Below are positions 1 through 9,564 of a stretch of DNA of 49,974 nt, piece by piece. The notes beneath the pieces were generated by a model. That model was not told the DNA's origin and did not search any database. It saw only the letters and a list, made by a program, of their open reading frames with translations. The position numbers and the translations under genes are program-made. The DNA is from an uncultured Bifidobacterium sp. GTDB lineage: Bacteria; Actinomycetota; Acidimicrobiia; Acidimicrobiales; Acidimicrobilacustridaceae. Position 1 is the first letter of the stretch, and each line of letters opens with the position of its first letter. The stretch is taken from contig CAYVUO010000002.1 in the NCBI GenBank assembly GCA_964454715.1, positions 5,599 through 55,572 on the forward strand. Direction: 5' to 3'.

Positions 1-1195
1 GCAGCGCGTCGAGCGCGGACACGCCACGCTCCGCCGCGATGTCACCGACACGACGACCGACGAGCGCCTGCACCTCGGGGGTGTGGGCGTCGATGATCAC
101 GTAGTCACCGACACGACCGAGCATGTTGTTCTCGGGGAGTCTCGCCATGGCCTCGGCGATGCGCACCCGGTTGGCCGCGTCGGCATAGGCGGCGCGCCGT
201 TCGACATGGGGCAGGTGGATGAACTCCTTGATGCCCGGCACGATGTCGAGCACGAAGCCCGACGCGAAGCACAGTCGCATCTTCATCGGCTCGGGGAGGC
301 AGAGCCCCACGACCCGACCCCCACGTGCGGCGGCAACATCGGAGGCCGACAGTTTGTTCTCGCGGCCCTCACGCGCCGACGGATCGGAGTTGACGACCAT
401 GACGTTCCAGTTGAGCGGTCGCTTGGCGGTCGCGCTCATGTCGGCCATCAACGAGATCTCGTCGTCGGTGAACATCGCGGTCGCCGAGGCGATGAACTCG
501 AGCGTGGTGCCCGCGTGCTGACCAGCGGCGGCCGACAGCGCGAGGAACTCATCACGAGATGCGAAGCGCGACGGCACGGGATTGCCGAGGTGATCGCTGT
601 GACTGCCCGATGCGGTGCTCGAGAAGCCCATGCCGCCGGCTTCGATGCTCTCGTGCAGCAGCGCGAGCATCGCGTCGAGTTGCGTCTGGGTGGCCTCGTG
701 TCCGATGGCGTCGTCGCCCATCACCACTCGACGCAGCGCGCTGTGGCCGACCATGAAGCCGGCGTTCACGGCGAGATTGCCCTCGAGACGGTCGAGCCAG
801 GAGCCGAAGCCCTGCCACGCGAGGTCGAGACCGGCCTCGAGCGACTCGACCGGCATGCCCTCGACGCGGGCGAGCATGGGGATGAGGTACTCGGCGGCGT
901 CGGCGGTGACCGGCGCGATCGAGAATCCGCAGTTGCCACCGAAGATCGACGTGACGCCATGCAGCGATGACGGCGTGGCCGCTGGATCCCACATGACTTG
1001 CGGGTCGTAGTGCGTGTGGAGATCGACAAAGCCGGGAGTGACGACGCGGCCATCGGCGTCGATCACCTTCGCCGCAGGTTCGTCGATCGAACCGATGACG
1101 ACGATGCGACCATCGCGCACACCGACATCGGCCCGGAATCCCTCACGACCCGTGCCGTCGACGACCGTTCCACCCTTGATGACCAGATCGAGCAT
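1..1195 (-). CDS. N-acyl-D-amino-acid deacylase family amidohydrolase (3' end outside window)
   Basis: Manual translation from ATG at 1195: MLDLVIKGGTVVDGTG...VTPGFVDLHTHYD (HxH metal motif) and later GNCG; SD-like GAGGGGAG upstream. Absent from the ORF track because it runs off the window. Confidence 0.9.
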   Translation of the reverse strand, partial: MLDLVIKGGTVVDGTGREGFRADVGVRDGRIVVIGSIDEPAAKVIDADGRVVTPGFVDLHTHYDPQVMWDPAATPSSLHGVTSIFGGNCGFSIAPVTADAAEYLIPMLARVEGMPVESLEAGLDLAWQGFGSWLDRLEGNLAVNAGFMVGHSALRRVVMGDDAIGHEATQTQLDAMLALLHESIEAGGMGFSSTASGSHSDHLGNPVPSRFASRDEFLALSAAAGQHAGTTLEFIASATAMFTDDEISLMADMSATAKRPLNWNVMVVNSDPSAREGRENKLSASDVAAARGGRVVGLCLPEPMKMRLCFASGFVLDIVPGIKEFIHLPHVERRAAYADAANRVRIAEAMARLPENNMLGRVGDYVIIDAHTPEVQALVGRRVGDIAAERGVSALDAL

Positions 1196-1258
1196 GGCTC
1201 CCCCTCGTTCGCTCCCCCGATCCTGCCAGCATCCGGGGCGCGTGTCAGACGGAAGGGG

Positions 1259-1978
1259 TCAGATCCACCCGCGGGCCCGGGCCGTGGCCACCAGACCGGC
1301 CCGATCGGTGTAGGCGATGCGGTCGGCCCAGGTGGCGCCCGACTCCGTCACCGACTGCATGGCTGAGGCGATGCGGGCATCGAGGAGGCGCGAGATCTCG
1401 ACCTGCTGCCATGGTGCGAGCGGTGACGATGCATCGACCTGACCGTGACCGACGAGCAACAACTTGGCGGTGTGGGTGTGGGCCAGGACATCGAATGCGA
1501 TGGCCATCACTCGTTGTTCGACGAGGCGGCGGTCGAGCACGGCGGAGACACACGAATCGAACTGCGCGCGCTGCGCCTCGGATGGCGACGCCGCAGCACA
1601 GCCCATGGTCGTGTCGTCGGGGATCACGAGGATGTCGCCGCCCAGTGAGGCCACGACGAGATCGGGATCGTCATACGCCAGTTGCACGAGTGAATCGTGA
1701 ACCGCGCCATCACCATTCTCGCGAGGGAGATCGAGCCACGCGCCGAGAGCCGACGCGCTCACCGAGAGATCGGTGGCGTCGGTGGATGCAACGGCGACGA
1801 CGAGCGGTTCACCCACTCCCGGCGAATCCCCGATGACACGGATGCGCACCGAGCCGTCACGGGGAACCGTCGTGAAGGGCGGAGACGTCGCTCCGGAGTC
1901 CGAACCACACGAGACGAGCGCCAACGCAGACGCCACCAGCGCGAGCGCAGAGACGAAGCGGAACGTCGATCGGGTCAC
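1259..1978 (-). CDS. Putative lipoprotein with a degenerate SGNH/GDSL-like domain
   Basis: Signal peptide plus lipobox LVSC; VIGDS block-I-like motif; SLGGD block-III-like motif. Confidence 0.6.
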   Translation of the reverse strand: MTRSTFRFVSALALVASALALVSCGSDSGATSPPFTTVPRDGSVRIRVIGDSPGVGEPLVVAVASTDATDLSVSASALGAWLDLPRENGDGAVHDSLVQLAYDDPDLVVASLGGDILVIPDDTTMGCAAASPSEAQRAQFDSCVSAVLDRRLVEQRVMAIAFDVLAHTHTAKLLLVGHGQVDASSPLAPWQQVEISRLLDARIASAMQSVTESGATWADRIAYTDRAGLVATARARGWI

Positions 1979-2040
1979 GTCGACCGACGCTATCGGCGAG
2001 CGGCGGGCGTCCCCTCCCGCCCCCCGTAGACTGCCCGGTC
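1979..2040. promoter_or_regulatory. Divergent sigA-like promoters, probably (near-)leaderless
   Basis: TAGACT at 2027-2032 lies 8 nt before GTG 2041; TAGCGT on the minus strand at 1987-1992 lies 8 nt before GTG 1978; no SD for either gene. Confidence 0.5.
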
Positions 2041-2877
2041 GTGCCCGAGACCAGTTCCGCCCGCGACGACTCGCCCTATCCAGCGGCGCGTCACGCGATG
2101 CGTCTGCTCGACCTCACCTCCGAGATGGACGCTGCGGGCGACGTGCGCGGTTGGATGCCCATCACGCCTGCGATCCGCGCCGCCGACGGCACCGTGCGCG
2201 TGGCGGCGATCGCCATGCTGATGGACGCGCTCGGAGGACTGCGATCGATCACCGCGTCCGCGCCCGACTGGGCCCTCACGGCCGACCTGTCGATCTCGCT
2301 CACCGCGGTCCCGATCTCCGAGCGGGTGCAGGCCGACCTCCACGTGCGTCGCCGGGGCCGACGCACACTCGTGATCGAGGTCGACCTCTCCGATGACGGG
2401 GGCCCGTCGATCGGCAACGGCCTGATGACCTTCTCGGTCGTGCCCCGGCCCGAATCTGTCGCCGACGTCACCATCGACTCGAGCCCGGGACGACGTTCGA
2501 TGTCGCAACTGTCCGAGACCGAGCCGGCCTGCGTCGATTACGTCAGCGAACTCGGATTCGTGCACCTTGACCACGGTGTGCTCCAACTCGCGCTCCGACC
2601 CGAGGTCACCAACACCGTGAGGGCATTGCACGGCGCCGTGCACACCGCGATGATCGATGAGGCCACGGCATCGCTGGCGCGCCATCTCATGGGTGGCGAA
2701 GTCGTCGTCACCGACGTGCAACTCGCATTCATGCGTCTGGCCCATGAGGGCCCCATCACCGCCACTGCACGAGCGATCGGCGCAGCCAACGATGGGCGAC
2801 TCACGGCTCGCGTCGAATTGCGCGACGCGACCGGCACCGTCTGTTCGATGGCCACCACCACGGCGGTGTCGTCATGA
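2041..2877 (+). CDS. Double hotdog-fold PaaI-family thioesterase
   Basis: Two hotdog domains; N..LHGAVHTAMIDE PaaI motif in the C-terminal domain. Confidence 0.8.
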   Translation: MPETSSARDDSPYPAARHAMRLLDLTSEMDAAGDVRGWMPITPAIRAADGTVRVAAIAMLMDALGGLRSITASAPDWALTADLSISLTAVPISERVQADLHVRRRGRRTLVIEVDLSDDGGPSIGNGLMTFSVVPRPESVADVTIDSSPGRRSMSQLSETEPACVDYVSELGFVHLDHGVLQLALRPEVTNTVRALHGAVHTAMIDEATASLARHLMGGEVVVTDVQLAFMRLAHEGPITATARAIGAANDGRLTARVELRDATGTVCSMATTTAVSS

Positions 2878-3722
2878 CCTCGTTCAACACGCACGGCAAC
2901 ATCGGCATGTCGCTGTGGCTGCCGATCGCGATCACCGAGCAGGACCCCAACGAAGCGGGCCTGCCCGTCACGCGTGCCACCTATGTCGGTGGTGACCACG
3001 TGCTCGAGCACGGTCGGCTCCCCACGGGCCTGCTCACCGTCATCGTCGATTCACTCGGTGGGATGACCTCGGGCCTCGCTGCGCTCCCCGACTGGATCGT
3101 CACCACCAACCTCCAGCTTCGGATGGCCGCCGACGCGCGGGTCGGCGAGCGCGGCGCACCCCCGCTCACCATCACGGCCGATGTGCAACGACGCGGGCGC
3201 TCATCGGTCGTCACGCGCGTCGATGTGTGTGACGACTCCGGCATCGATCTCGCCACCGCATGGCTCACATGCGCGGTGCTGAAACCCGAACATGGAGCCC
3301 CACAGTGGGAACGACCGCTGCGGCTCGAACCACGCTCGTCCGAAGATCCGATCTTCCTGGCGCCGCCATCGGAGTTCCTCTCGTCGAGCGTGATCGCTCC
3401 GGGAATCGCCGAGGTGCAGGTCGCAGAACGACTCCGCAACCCGTGGGGCATCCTCCACGGCGGAGTGGCGGCGGCCCTGCTCGACACCGCCGCCCGAACC
3501 CTCGTGGCCGATGACGACTCCGATGCCTCACCCGCCGGCACGCACCTCACCGACGTCACGATGCAGTACCTGAGCCCCGGCCGCGTGGGCCCGATCAGGG
3601 CCACGGCCACCGAGCTGGGCCAACGGGGCGCGGCCCGCTCCGTCCGGATCGAGGTCCGAGATGTGGGCGCCGATGACCGCCTCATGGTCCTGGCCCACGC
3701 GATCGTGCGCCACGACCCGTGA
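2874..3722 (+). CDS. Double hotdog-fold PaaI-family thioesterase
   Basis: NPWGILHGGVAAALLD motif; ATGA overlap with the preceding gene. Confidence 0.85.
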   Translation: MTSFNTHGNIGMSLWLPIAITEQDPNEAGLPVTRATYVGGDHVLEHGRLPTGLLTVIVDSLGGMTSGLAALPDWIVTTNLQLRMAADARVGERGAPPLTITADVQRRGRSSVVTRVDVCDDSGIDLATAWLTCAVLKPEHGAPQWERPLRLEPRSSEDPIFLAPPSEFLSSSVIAPGIAEVQVAERLRNPWGILHGGVAAALLDTAARTLVADDDSDASPAGTHLTDVTMQYLSPGRVGPIRATATELGQRGAARSVRIEVRDVGADDRLMVLAHAIVRHDP

Positions 3723-3762
3723 GACGGAAGAATGCGGTGACCGTTCCGGGGGAGGACTCGAC

Positions 3763-5463
3763 ATGGCGATGACATTCGATGAGGCGATGGCGGTACTGAC
3801 CGCACCCGACGCGCCGTTCGAGATCGTCGAGACAGAGGCGCTGGGTCGCACCACCAAGGTGTTCAAGGCCACGCCTCCGTCGTTGCGGGCGCTGTTCGAC
3901 AGCCTTCGGGCCAAGCCGGCCGATGACGTGTTCATCGTCTACGAGGACGAGCGCTGGACCTTCGCCGATGTGTTGCGCAGCATCGATGGCATCGCCAAGG
4001 TGCTCCACGACGAGTTCGGGGTCCGCAAGGGCGACCGTGTCGCCATCGACATGCGCAACTACCCCGAGTGGGTCACGTCGTACGCCGCCATCCAATCGCT
4101 CGGCGCGATCGCTGTGCTCGTCAACGCGTGGTGGACCGGCCCCGAGATCGAATACGGACTCGTCGACACCGGCAGCACCGTGATCATCGCCGACCGCCAG
4201 CGCTACGACCGCATCGCCGATCGGTTGGGCGCTCTCGGAGTGCGCGCACTGGTGGTGCGTTCCGAGGGCGAACTCGTCGATGGTGCGTTGCACCTCGACG
4301 ACGTGATCGCCGCCGACGCCACGATCCCGCCCGTCGACATCCACCCCGACGACGACGCCACGATCCTGTTCACCTCTGGCACCACGGGCACGCCCAAGGG
4401 TGCGGTGTCGACGAATCGCGCCGTGCTCAACGCGCTGCTCGCGTTCGCGTGCCGGGCGACGGGTGAGGCACTGCGCGCCGGTCCCAAGCCCGACGACGGC
4501 ACGCCTCCCGTGCCCCCGTGCATGATCCTCACCGTTCCGCTGTTCCATGTCACCGGCTGCGTGCCGGTGATGCTCGGCTCGATCGCGACCGGCTCGCGCT
4601 TGGTGATGATGTACAAGTGGGACGCCGGCCGCGCCCTCGAACTCATCCAGCGCGAGAAGGTCACCAACTTCATCGGTGTGCCCACGATGTCGCACGATCT
4701 GTTGCTCCATCCCGACTTCGACAAGTACGACACGTCGAGCCTCAAGAACGTCGGCGGCGGCGGTGCCCCGATGGCGCCCGAGCTGGTGAAGAAGATCGAC
4801 ACCACGTTCGCCAAGAAGGGCAAGGCCACTCCGCAGTTGGGCTACGGACTCACCGAGACCAACGGGTACGGACCGGGCAACACCGGACCCGACTACGTGG
4901 CCCATCCGTCGAGCACGGGCCGCGCCGTTCCGATCATGGATGTGCGCGTGGTTCGCAACGACGATTCGGGCACCACCGTGGTTCCCACCGGCGAGGTCGG
5001 TGAGGTCGAACTGCGCGGACCGATGCTGATCCGCGGCTACTGGCATCGACCCGAAGCGACTGCCGACTCGATCGTCGATGGCTGGCTGCGCACCGGCGAC
5101 CTCGGCTACCTCGATGAGGAGGGTTTCCTCTACATCGTCGACCGCATCAAGGACATGGTGCTGCGCGGGGGCGAGAACGTCTACTGCTCCGAGGTCGAGG
5201 CCGCCATCTACGAGTTCCCCGGCGTGCGCGAGGTCGCGGTGTTCGGCCTGCCGCACGAGCGTCTGGGTGAGGAGGTCGTGGCGGCGATCGTGCCGACCGA
5301 GCCCGATCTCGATCTCGAGGCCCTCGGCGCGTTCCTCGCCGGTCGCATCGCCGCCTTCATGATCCCGTCGCAGTGGTTCGTGCAACACACCGAGCTGCCT
5401 CGCGGCGCAACGGGCAAGATCCTCAAGCGAGAGATCCGCGATCGCATCCTCGCAGGGTCCTGA
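3763..5463 (+). CDS. Long-chain acyl-CoA ligase (class I adenylate-forming enzyme)
   Basis: FTSGTTGTPKG, GYGLTE, RTGDLG and TGKILK motifs; GGAGG SD before ATG 3763. Confidence 0.95.
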   Translation: MAMTFDEAMAVLTAPDAPFEIVETEALGRTTKVFKATPPSLRALFDSLRAKPADDVFIVYEDERWTFADVLRSIDGIAKVLHDEFGVRKGDRVAIDMRNYPEWVTSYAAIQSLGAIAVLVNAWWTGPEIEYGLVDTGSTVIIADRQRYDRIADRLGALGVRALVVRSEGELVDGALHLDDVIAADATIPPVDIHPDDDATILFTSGTTGTPKGAVSTNRAVLNALLAFACRATGEALRAGPKPDDGTPPVPPCMILTVPLFHVTGCVPVMLGSIATGSRLVMMYKWDAGRALELIQREKVTNFIGVPTMSHDLLLHPDFDKYDTSSLKNVGGGGAPMAPELVKKIDTTFAKKGKATPQLGYGLTETNGYGPGNTGPDYVAHPSSTGRAVPIMDVRVVRNDDSGTTVVPTGEVGEVELRGPMLIRGYWHRPEATADSIVDGWLRTGDLGYLDEEGFLYIVDRIKDMVLRGGENVYCSEVEAAIYEFPGVREVAVFGLPHERLGEEVVAAIVPTEPDLDLEALGAFLAGRIAAFMIPSQWFVQHTELPRGATGKILKREIRDRILAGS

Positions 5464-5505
5464 GACGCGACGAACCGCGCTCCACAGGAGCGCGGTTCGT
5501 GTCTC
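5462..5505. terminator. Hairpin between convergent genes, probable bidirectional terminator
   Basis: Perfect 14-bp stem ACGAACCGCGCTCC-ACA-GGAGCGCGGTTCGT (5470-5500), extended by GAGAC/GTCTC. Confidence 0.7.
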
Positions 5506-5523
5506 CCCCCAGGAGATGTTGCG

Positions 5524-6714
5524 TCAGAGAGGACGCGGCGTGTTGAGTTCGACGACGTTGTCGTGGAGGATGAGCTGCTGCACCGCAGGAGCGAAGTCCT
5601 TGAGTTCGTCGACGTAGTCGAGCGGCTCGGGCATACCCTCGATGTGCGGCCAGTCGGAACCGAAGATCACACGGTCGGAACCGGCGAGCTCGACGACCTC
5701 GTGCACGTCGTCCTCCCAGAACGGGTTGATCCAGATGTGCTGACGGAAGGTCTCCGACGGCAGCTCGGGGAACCAACCCGCCATCTTGGTGTTGGTCTGG
5801 TCGAGCTTCTTGAGCAGACCGCGCAGGAAGCCCGAACCGTTCTCGACGGAGGCGACGCGGATGTTGGGGAAGCGCTCGAACAACTTGTCGCACACCAGGG
5901 AGCCGAGGAAGTCCTCGATCGGTCGATCGAACATCGTCGCCATGCGCAACGGCTGCGGACGGCTCTGCTGCCCGAAGGACGCCGAGAAGCCGTTCTCCGC
6001 CGTGTAGCCGTTGGATGTGTAGCCGGAGTCCCCGGCGTGCGCGACGACCGTGATGCCGGCCTCGTTGACGCGGGCCCAGAACGGATCGAAGTACGGATCG
6101 GCCGGCGACAGCGGACCATCGACCGTGTTGGGTGCGGCGGGACGCATCACGAAGTGGCGCGCACCGTGGTCGAGTGCGAACTCGAGCTCACCGATCGCCC
6201 AGTCGAGATCGACGAGCGTGATGTACGGCGAGGCGAAGATGCGGTCCTTGTAGTTGAAGCCCCAGTCCTCCTCCAACCAGCGGTTGAAGGCGGTGAAGAC
6301 CTGCTGCACGGCCCACGGATCCTCACGCAACGGCTGCTCGTAGATCATGCCGAGCGTGGGGAACATCCAGCACGCCTCGAGACCATGCTCGTCGAGCGTG
6401 GCGATGCGCGCATCGCGATCGCGATACGCGGGACGGATCGGCTCGCGCTGCTTGAGCAGTTCGATCGGGTTCTGTCCGTTCGGGTTGCCGCGGAAGTAGT
6501 CCTTCAGCACACCGGGAAGCGCCACGGGATCGAACGTCGGGTTGACGACGGCACGGCTGACGCGTCCGCCGATGACGTGGTACTTGCGGCCGTCGATCTC
6601 GCACCACTGGATGGTGCGGGGGCCGGTACGAGGGTCGAGGTGACGCGTGAACGCATCGACGGCCTCGTAGTAGTGGTTGTCGCAGTCGAAGACGGGGAAT
6701 CCGAGTTCTGTCAT
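5524..6714 (-). CDS. Amidohydrolase family protein (Amidohydro_2)
   Basis: DCDNHYYE at the N-terminus and FGSDWPH at the C-terminus. Confidence 0.9.
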   Translation of the reverse strand: MTELGFPVFDCDNHYYEAVDAFTRHLDPRTGPRTIQWCEIDGRKYHVIGGRVSRAVVNPTFDPVALPGVLKDYFRGNPNGQNPIELLKQREPIRPAYRDRDARIATLDEHGLEACWMFPTLGMIYEQPLREDPWAVQQVFTAFNRWLEEDWGFNYKDRIFASPYITLVDLDWAIGELEFALDHGARHFVMRPAAPNTVDGPLSPADPYFDPFWARVNEAGITVVAHAGDSGYTSNGYTAENGFSASFGQQSRPQPLRMATMFDRPIEDFLGSLVCDKLFERFPNIRVASVENGSGFLRGLLKKLDQTNTKMAGWFPELPSETFRQHIWINPFWEDDVHEVVELAGSDRVIFGSDWPHIEGMPEPLDYVDELKDFAPAVQQLILHDNVVELNTPRPL

Positions 6715-6726
6715 GACGACAACCTA

Positions 6727-7572
6727 CTACACAACCACCTCGTCCGACAGGGTTGTGTAGTACGAATTCGCGGGACCGGCCCACTCGGCGAATCGGCGCT
6801 GGAACACGGCTCGGGCCCGGGTGCCGGCCCAATCGGCGGGCAGGAGCTCGGCCGGCAGGGACGGGTCGACGCTGAGCAGCTCCCGCCATTCGTGGGCCAT
6901 GCGGGTGCGCAGGGCGAAGGCCTCTCGCTCATCGGCGGGCCGGGCGTCGTCGTACGTGGCGATGAACTCCTCGTGTGCCGCCGCTGCAGTGTCGAGATCC
7001 CAGGCCAGGGCCACGACCTCGGCCGGTGAGGCGGTGCCATCGAGTGTGGTGGCGCTGAAGAGAACGGCCGAGTCGGTGAGTCCGCAGGACTCGAGGACCG
7101 AGTCGGCGCCAGCGCGGGCGACCTCCCCCACCGCCACCCAGACGTTGGGGCCGAGTGATCCGAAGCCCTCGAAGTCGAGACCGATCGACAGACGATCGCG
7201 AGCAGCGCGGTCGGGCGCGGGGCCCGTGAGCACGAGCAACAGGAACGTGCCGTCCCACTCCGGCGACGCAGTGATCGATCGGGCGACACGGGGCACGGCC
7301 GAACCGATCATGCGGCGGCCCGACGGGGTGAGGCGCCAACGCGTGTAGCGACCGACCTGTTCGCTCTCGAGCCAGCCGTCGGCCGCAGTGCGATTGACGG
7401 CCTGGCGCGCGGCGCGACCTTCGACGCCCAACGACTCGAGCGCGCCGACGAAGGTCGACGTCCACACCGGGGTGTCGCTGGGACCGACCCATTGGCCCAA
7501 CACACTGATGAGGAGCGCGCGTGCGCTCGGTCCCCCGTCGGCGCGGCGACGGGTGGGTGTTGCGGTGGCCAT
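6727..7572 (-). CDS. PaaX-family transcriptional regulator
   Basis: N-terminal wHTH (SARALL...AARQAVNR..DGWL), WDG and GFG motifs, C-terminal DPSLPAELLPADWAG signature. Confidence 0.92.
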   Translation of the reverse strand: MATATPTRRRADGGPSARALLISVLGQWVGPSDTPVWTSTFVGALESLGVEGRAARQAVNRTAADGWLESEQVGRYTRWRLTPSGRRMIGSAVPRVARSITASPEWDGTFLLLVLTGPAPDRAARDRLSIGLDFEGFGSLGPNVWVAVGEVARAGADSVLESCGLTDSAVLFSATTLDGTASPAEVVALAWDLDTAAAAHEEFIATYDDARPADEREAFALRTRMAHEWRELLSVDPSLPAELLPADWAGTRARAVFQRRFAEWAGPANSYYTTLSDEVVV

Positions 7573-8921
7573 CAGTCGATGTCACCCTCGATCTCGCTCG
7601 GCGAGATGCCGAGATAGCGCTCGAGCGCGAGGTGGTTGTTGAGGATGCGCCCCTCTTCGCGGGAGAGCGTGACTCGGGTGAAGCCCGGCTGATGCATGCC
7701 GCGCTGCGCGGTGCGGAGCATGTCGAAGTCCTGGTTGAAGACCGTTCCGAACGACATCGCGTCGAGTGGCATCTCGAGCTTCATCGGCTTGGTGCGCACG
7801 GTGAGCGATCCGGCGCGCTCGAACTGGAACATGTCGAGCCAGCACTCGTCGGGATGATCACCGGGTCGGGTGCGCAGCACCGACAGCAGATCGGGGTGCA
7901 TGAGCACGGTGATGTTGGGGAAGGCGTTGTACTGATGCATCGACATGATCTCGGTGTTGGAGAACGCTGACAGGTCGACGCCCTTGGCCGCCTGTGCATC
8001 ACGGATGCGTTCGGCCATCGCATCGAACAACGTGCCACCGGTCGCCGACACCGGAGCGGGACCGGGATCATCGGCCGAGACACCGGCTCGGGCCGAATAG
8101 ACGGAGACGAACGCGCGCCACACCTCATCGTCGGTCGGTTCGGGCCGGATGCGAGGCGACGGCACCCCGTAGAGCTGATGACTCGCACCGACATGGGGCC
8201 AGAACATCTGATGGTTGTCGAGATCGGCGAAGACCTTGAGCAACTCGGGATGGATGCCCTGCACGTGATACGTCTCGCTGAATCCGTCGGCGGCGGTCTT
8301 CCAGTTCGACGGCACCTTCACGCTGATCTCGTAACGGCAATGGAACTCGTCGAGGCCGAAGATCGCAGCGTCGGCGGGAGCACCGCCGAGGTACTCGGCC
8401 AACGACATCGCGTCGGGGTCGAAGTTCACGAACACCATCGGGCCCCACGTGTCGACGAGCACGGGCGGCAATCGGTAGGCGTCGTTTTCGATGACACCGA
8501 AGTCACGTCGGCTCGGGATCTCGCTGAGCGAACCGTCGAGGTTCCAACACCAGCGGTGGAAGACGCAGCGCAGTTCGGACAGGTCCGAACCCGAACCCGA
8601 ACAGAGTTCGATGCCTCGATGCATGCAGACGTTCTGATGGGCCCGGAGCACACCGTCCTGATCGCGCAGGATGATCGCCGACAGTTGACCACACCGGAAC
8701 TCGACCCAGTCACCGGGGTTGGCGACCATGTCGACGGTCGTGGCCATCTGCCAGACGCGCGGCCACATCGATTCGGCCTCGCGCGCTGCGAACTCGGGCG
8801 AGTAGTAGCGCTCGGCGGGGATCGTGATGGGTCGACGCGTGGTCGGTCCGGAACCCTCGGCCCGCGAGCGCAGCGTTCCGATGTCGCGCACTGGCGCGTG
8901 TTGGGAATCGAGATCGGTCAT
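7572..8921 (-). CDS. Rieske aromatic ring-hydroxylating oxygenase alpha subunit
   Basis: Rieske ligands CMH...CVFH; mononuclear iron site ETYHVQGIH...QD. Confidence 0.93.
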   Translation of the reverse strand: MTDLDSQHAPVRDIGTLRSRAEGSGPTTRRPITIPAERYYSPEFAAREAESMWPRVWQMATTVDMVANPGDWVEFRCGQLSAIILRDQDGVLRAHQNVCMHRGIELCSGSGSDLSELRCVFHRWCWNLDGSLSEIPSRRDFGVIENDAYRLPPVLVDTWGPMVFVNFDPDAMSLAEYLGGAPADAAIFGLDEFHCRYEISVKVPSNWKTAADGFSETYHVQGIHPELLKVFADLDNHQMFWPHVGASHQLYGVPSPRIRPEPTDDEVWRAFVSVYSARAGVSADDPGPAPVSATGGTLFDAMAERIRDAQAAKGVDLSAFSNTEIMSMHQYNAFPNITVLMHPDLLSVLRTRPGDHPDECWLDMFQFERAGSLTVRTKPMKLEMPLDAMSFGTVFNQDFDMLRTAQRGMHQPGFTRVTLSREEGRILNNHLALERYLGISPSEIEGDID

Positions 8922-8967
8922 GGCTCCCCCTCGGTGGAGATGTTGCCACAGCCCGCCCGGTACCGGG

Positions 8968-9564
8968 TCAGGATGGAGCCCGTCGGTGCACGGTCACGAT
9001 GTAGTCGCCACCGTCGACGAAGGGATCCCCCTCCCACGTGGCGAATCGTCGTTCGGGTGCGAGCCCCTCGGCTGCCGCCCACTCATCGAGCTGTGCCGGC
9101 GATGGCCAGGTCGGACGGAGCGACGTGCCCATCACGAGACGACCTCCAGGTGCCACATGCCGCGCGCACGCGCGCACCGCATCGGCCCTACGGGCGGCAT
9201 CGACGAATCCGATCACGTTGCCGGCCTGCACCACGATGTCGAAGCTGCGGTCGAGAGCGAGATCGGCGAGATCGACGTGATGCCATTCGAGTTCGGGGGC
9301 GCGACGATGGGCGCGACCGATCAGATCGATGTCGAGGTCGGCTCCCACCACGTCGACACCACGTGCATGCAATTCGATGGCGACTCGCCCGAATCCGCAT
9401 CCGGCGTCGAGCACCGAACTGGGCGACCACTGCATGAGGAGGTCCACCTCGCCGTGGGGGTTCGCTCCCTGCTCCGCCATGCGATCCCATCGCACCTCGT
9501 ACTCGTCGAGGTCGACGTCACGACGCCAACGCTTCCACTGCTCCGAGTAGCGCGTGTCGTCCAT
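8968..9564 (-). CDS. Class I SAM-dependent methyltransferase
   Basis: VLDAGCGFGR motif I, FDIVV, PGGRLV; ATG overlaps the upstream stop (TGATG). Confidence 0.9.
   Translation of the reverse strand: MDDTRYSEQWKRWRRDVDLDEYEVRWDRMAEQGANPHGEVDLLMQWSPSSVLDAGCGFGRVAIELHARGVDVVGADLDIDLIGRAHRRAPELEWHHVDLADLALDRSFDIVVQAGNVIGFVDAARRADAVRACARHVAPGGRLVMGTSLRPTWPSPAQLDEWAAAEGLAPERRFATWEGDPFVDGGDYIVTVHRRAPS

Noticed and set aside
83-970. 295-aa plus-strand ORF
   Set aside because: Antisense shadow of the minus-strand deacylase; no recognisable motifs.
5462-5505. Hairpin as a REP/MITE element
   Set aside because: No second copy seen in the window; its position between convergent genes fits a terminator.
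3682-7029. Long antisense ORFs (568 aa and 488 aa)
   Set aside because: Mirror frames of well-supported genes; expected in high-GC DNA with few stop codons.
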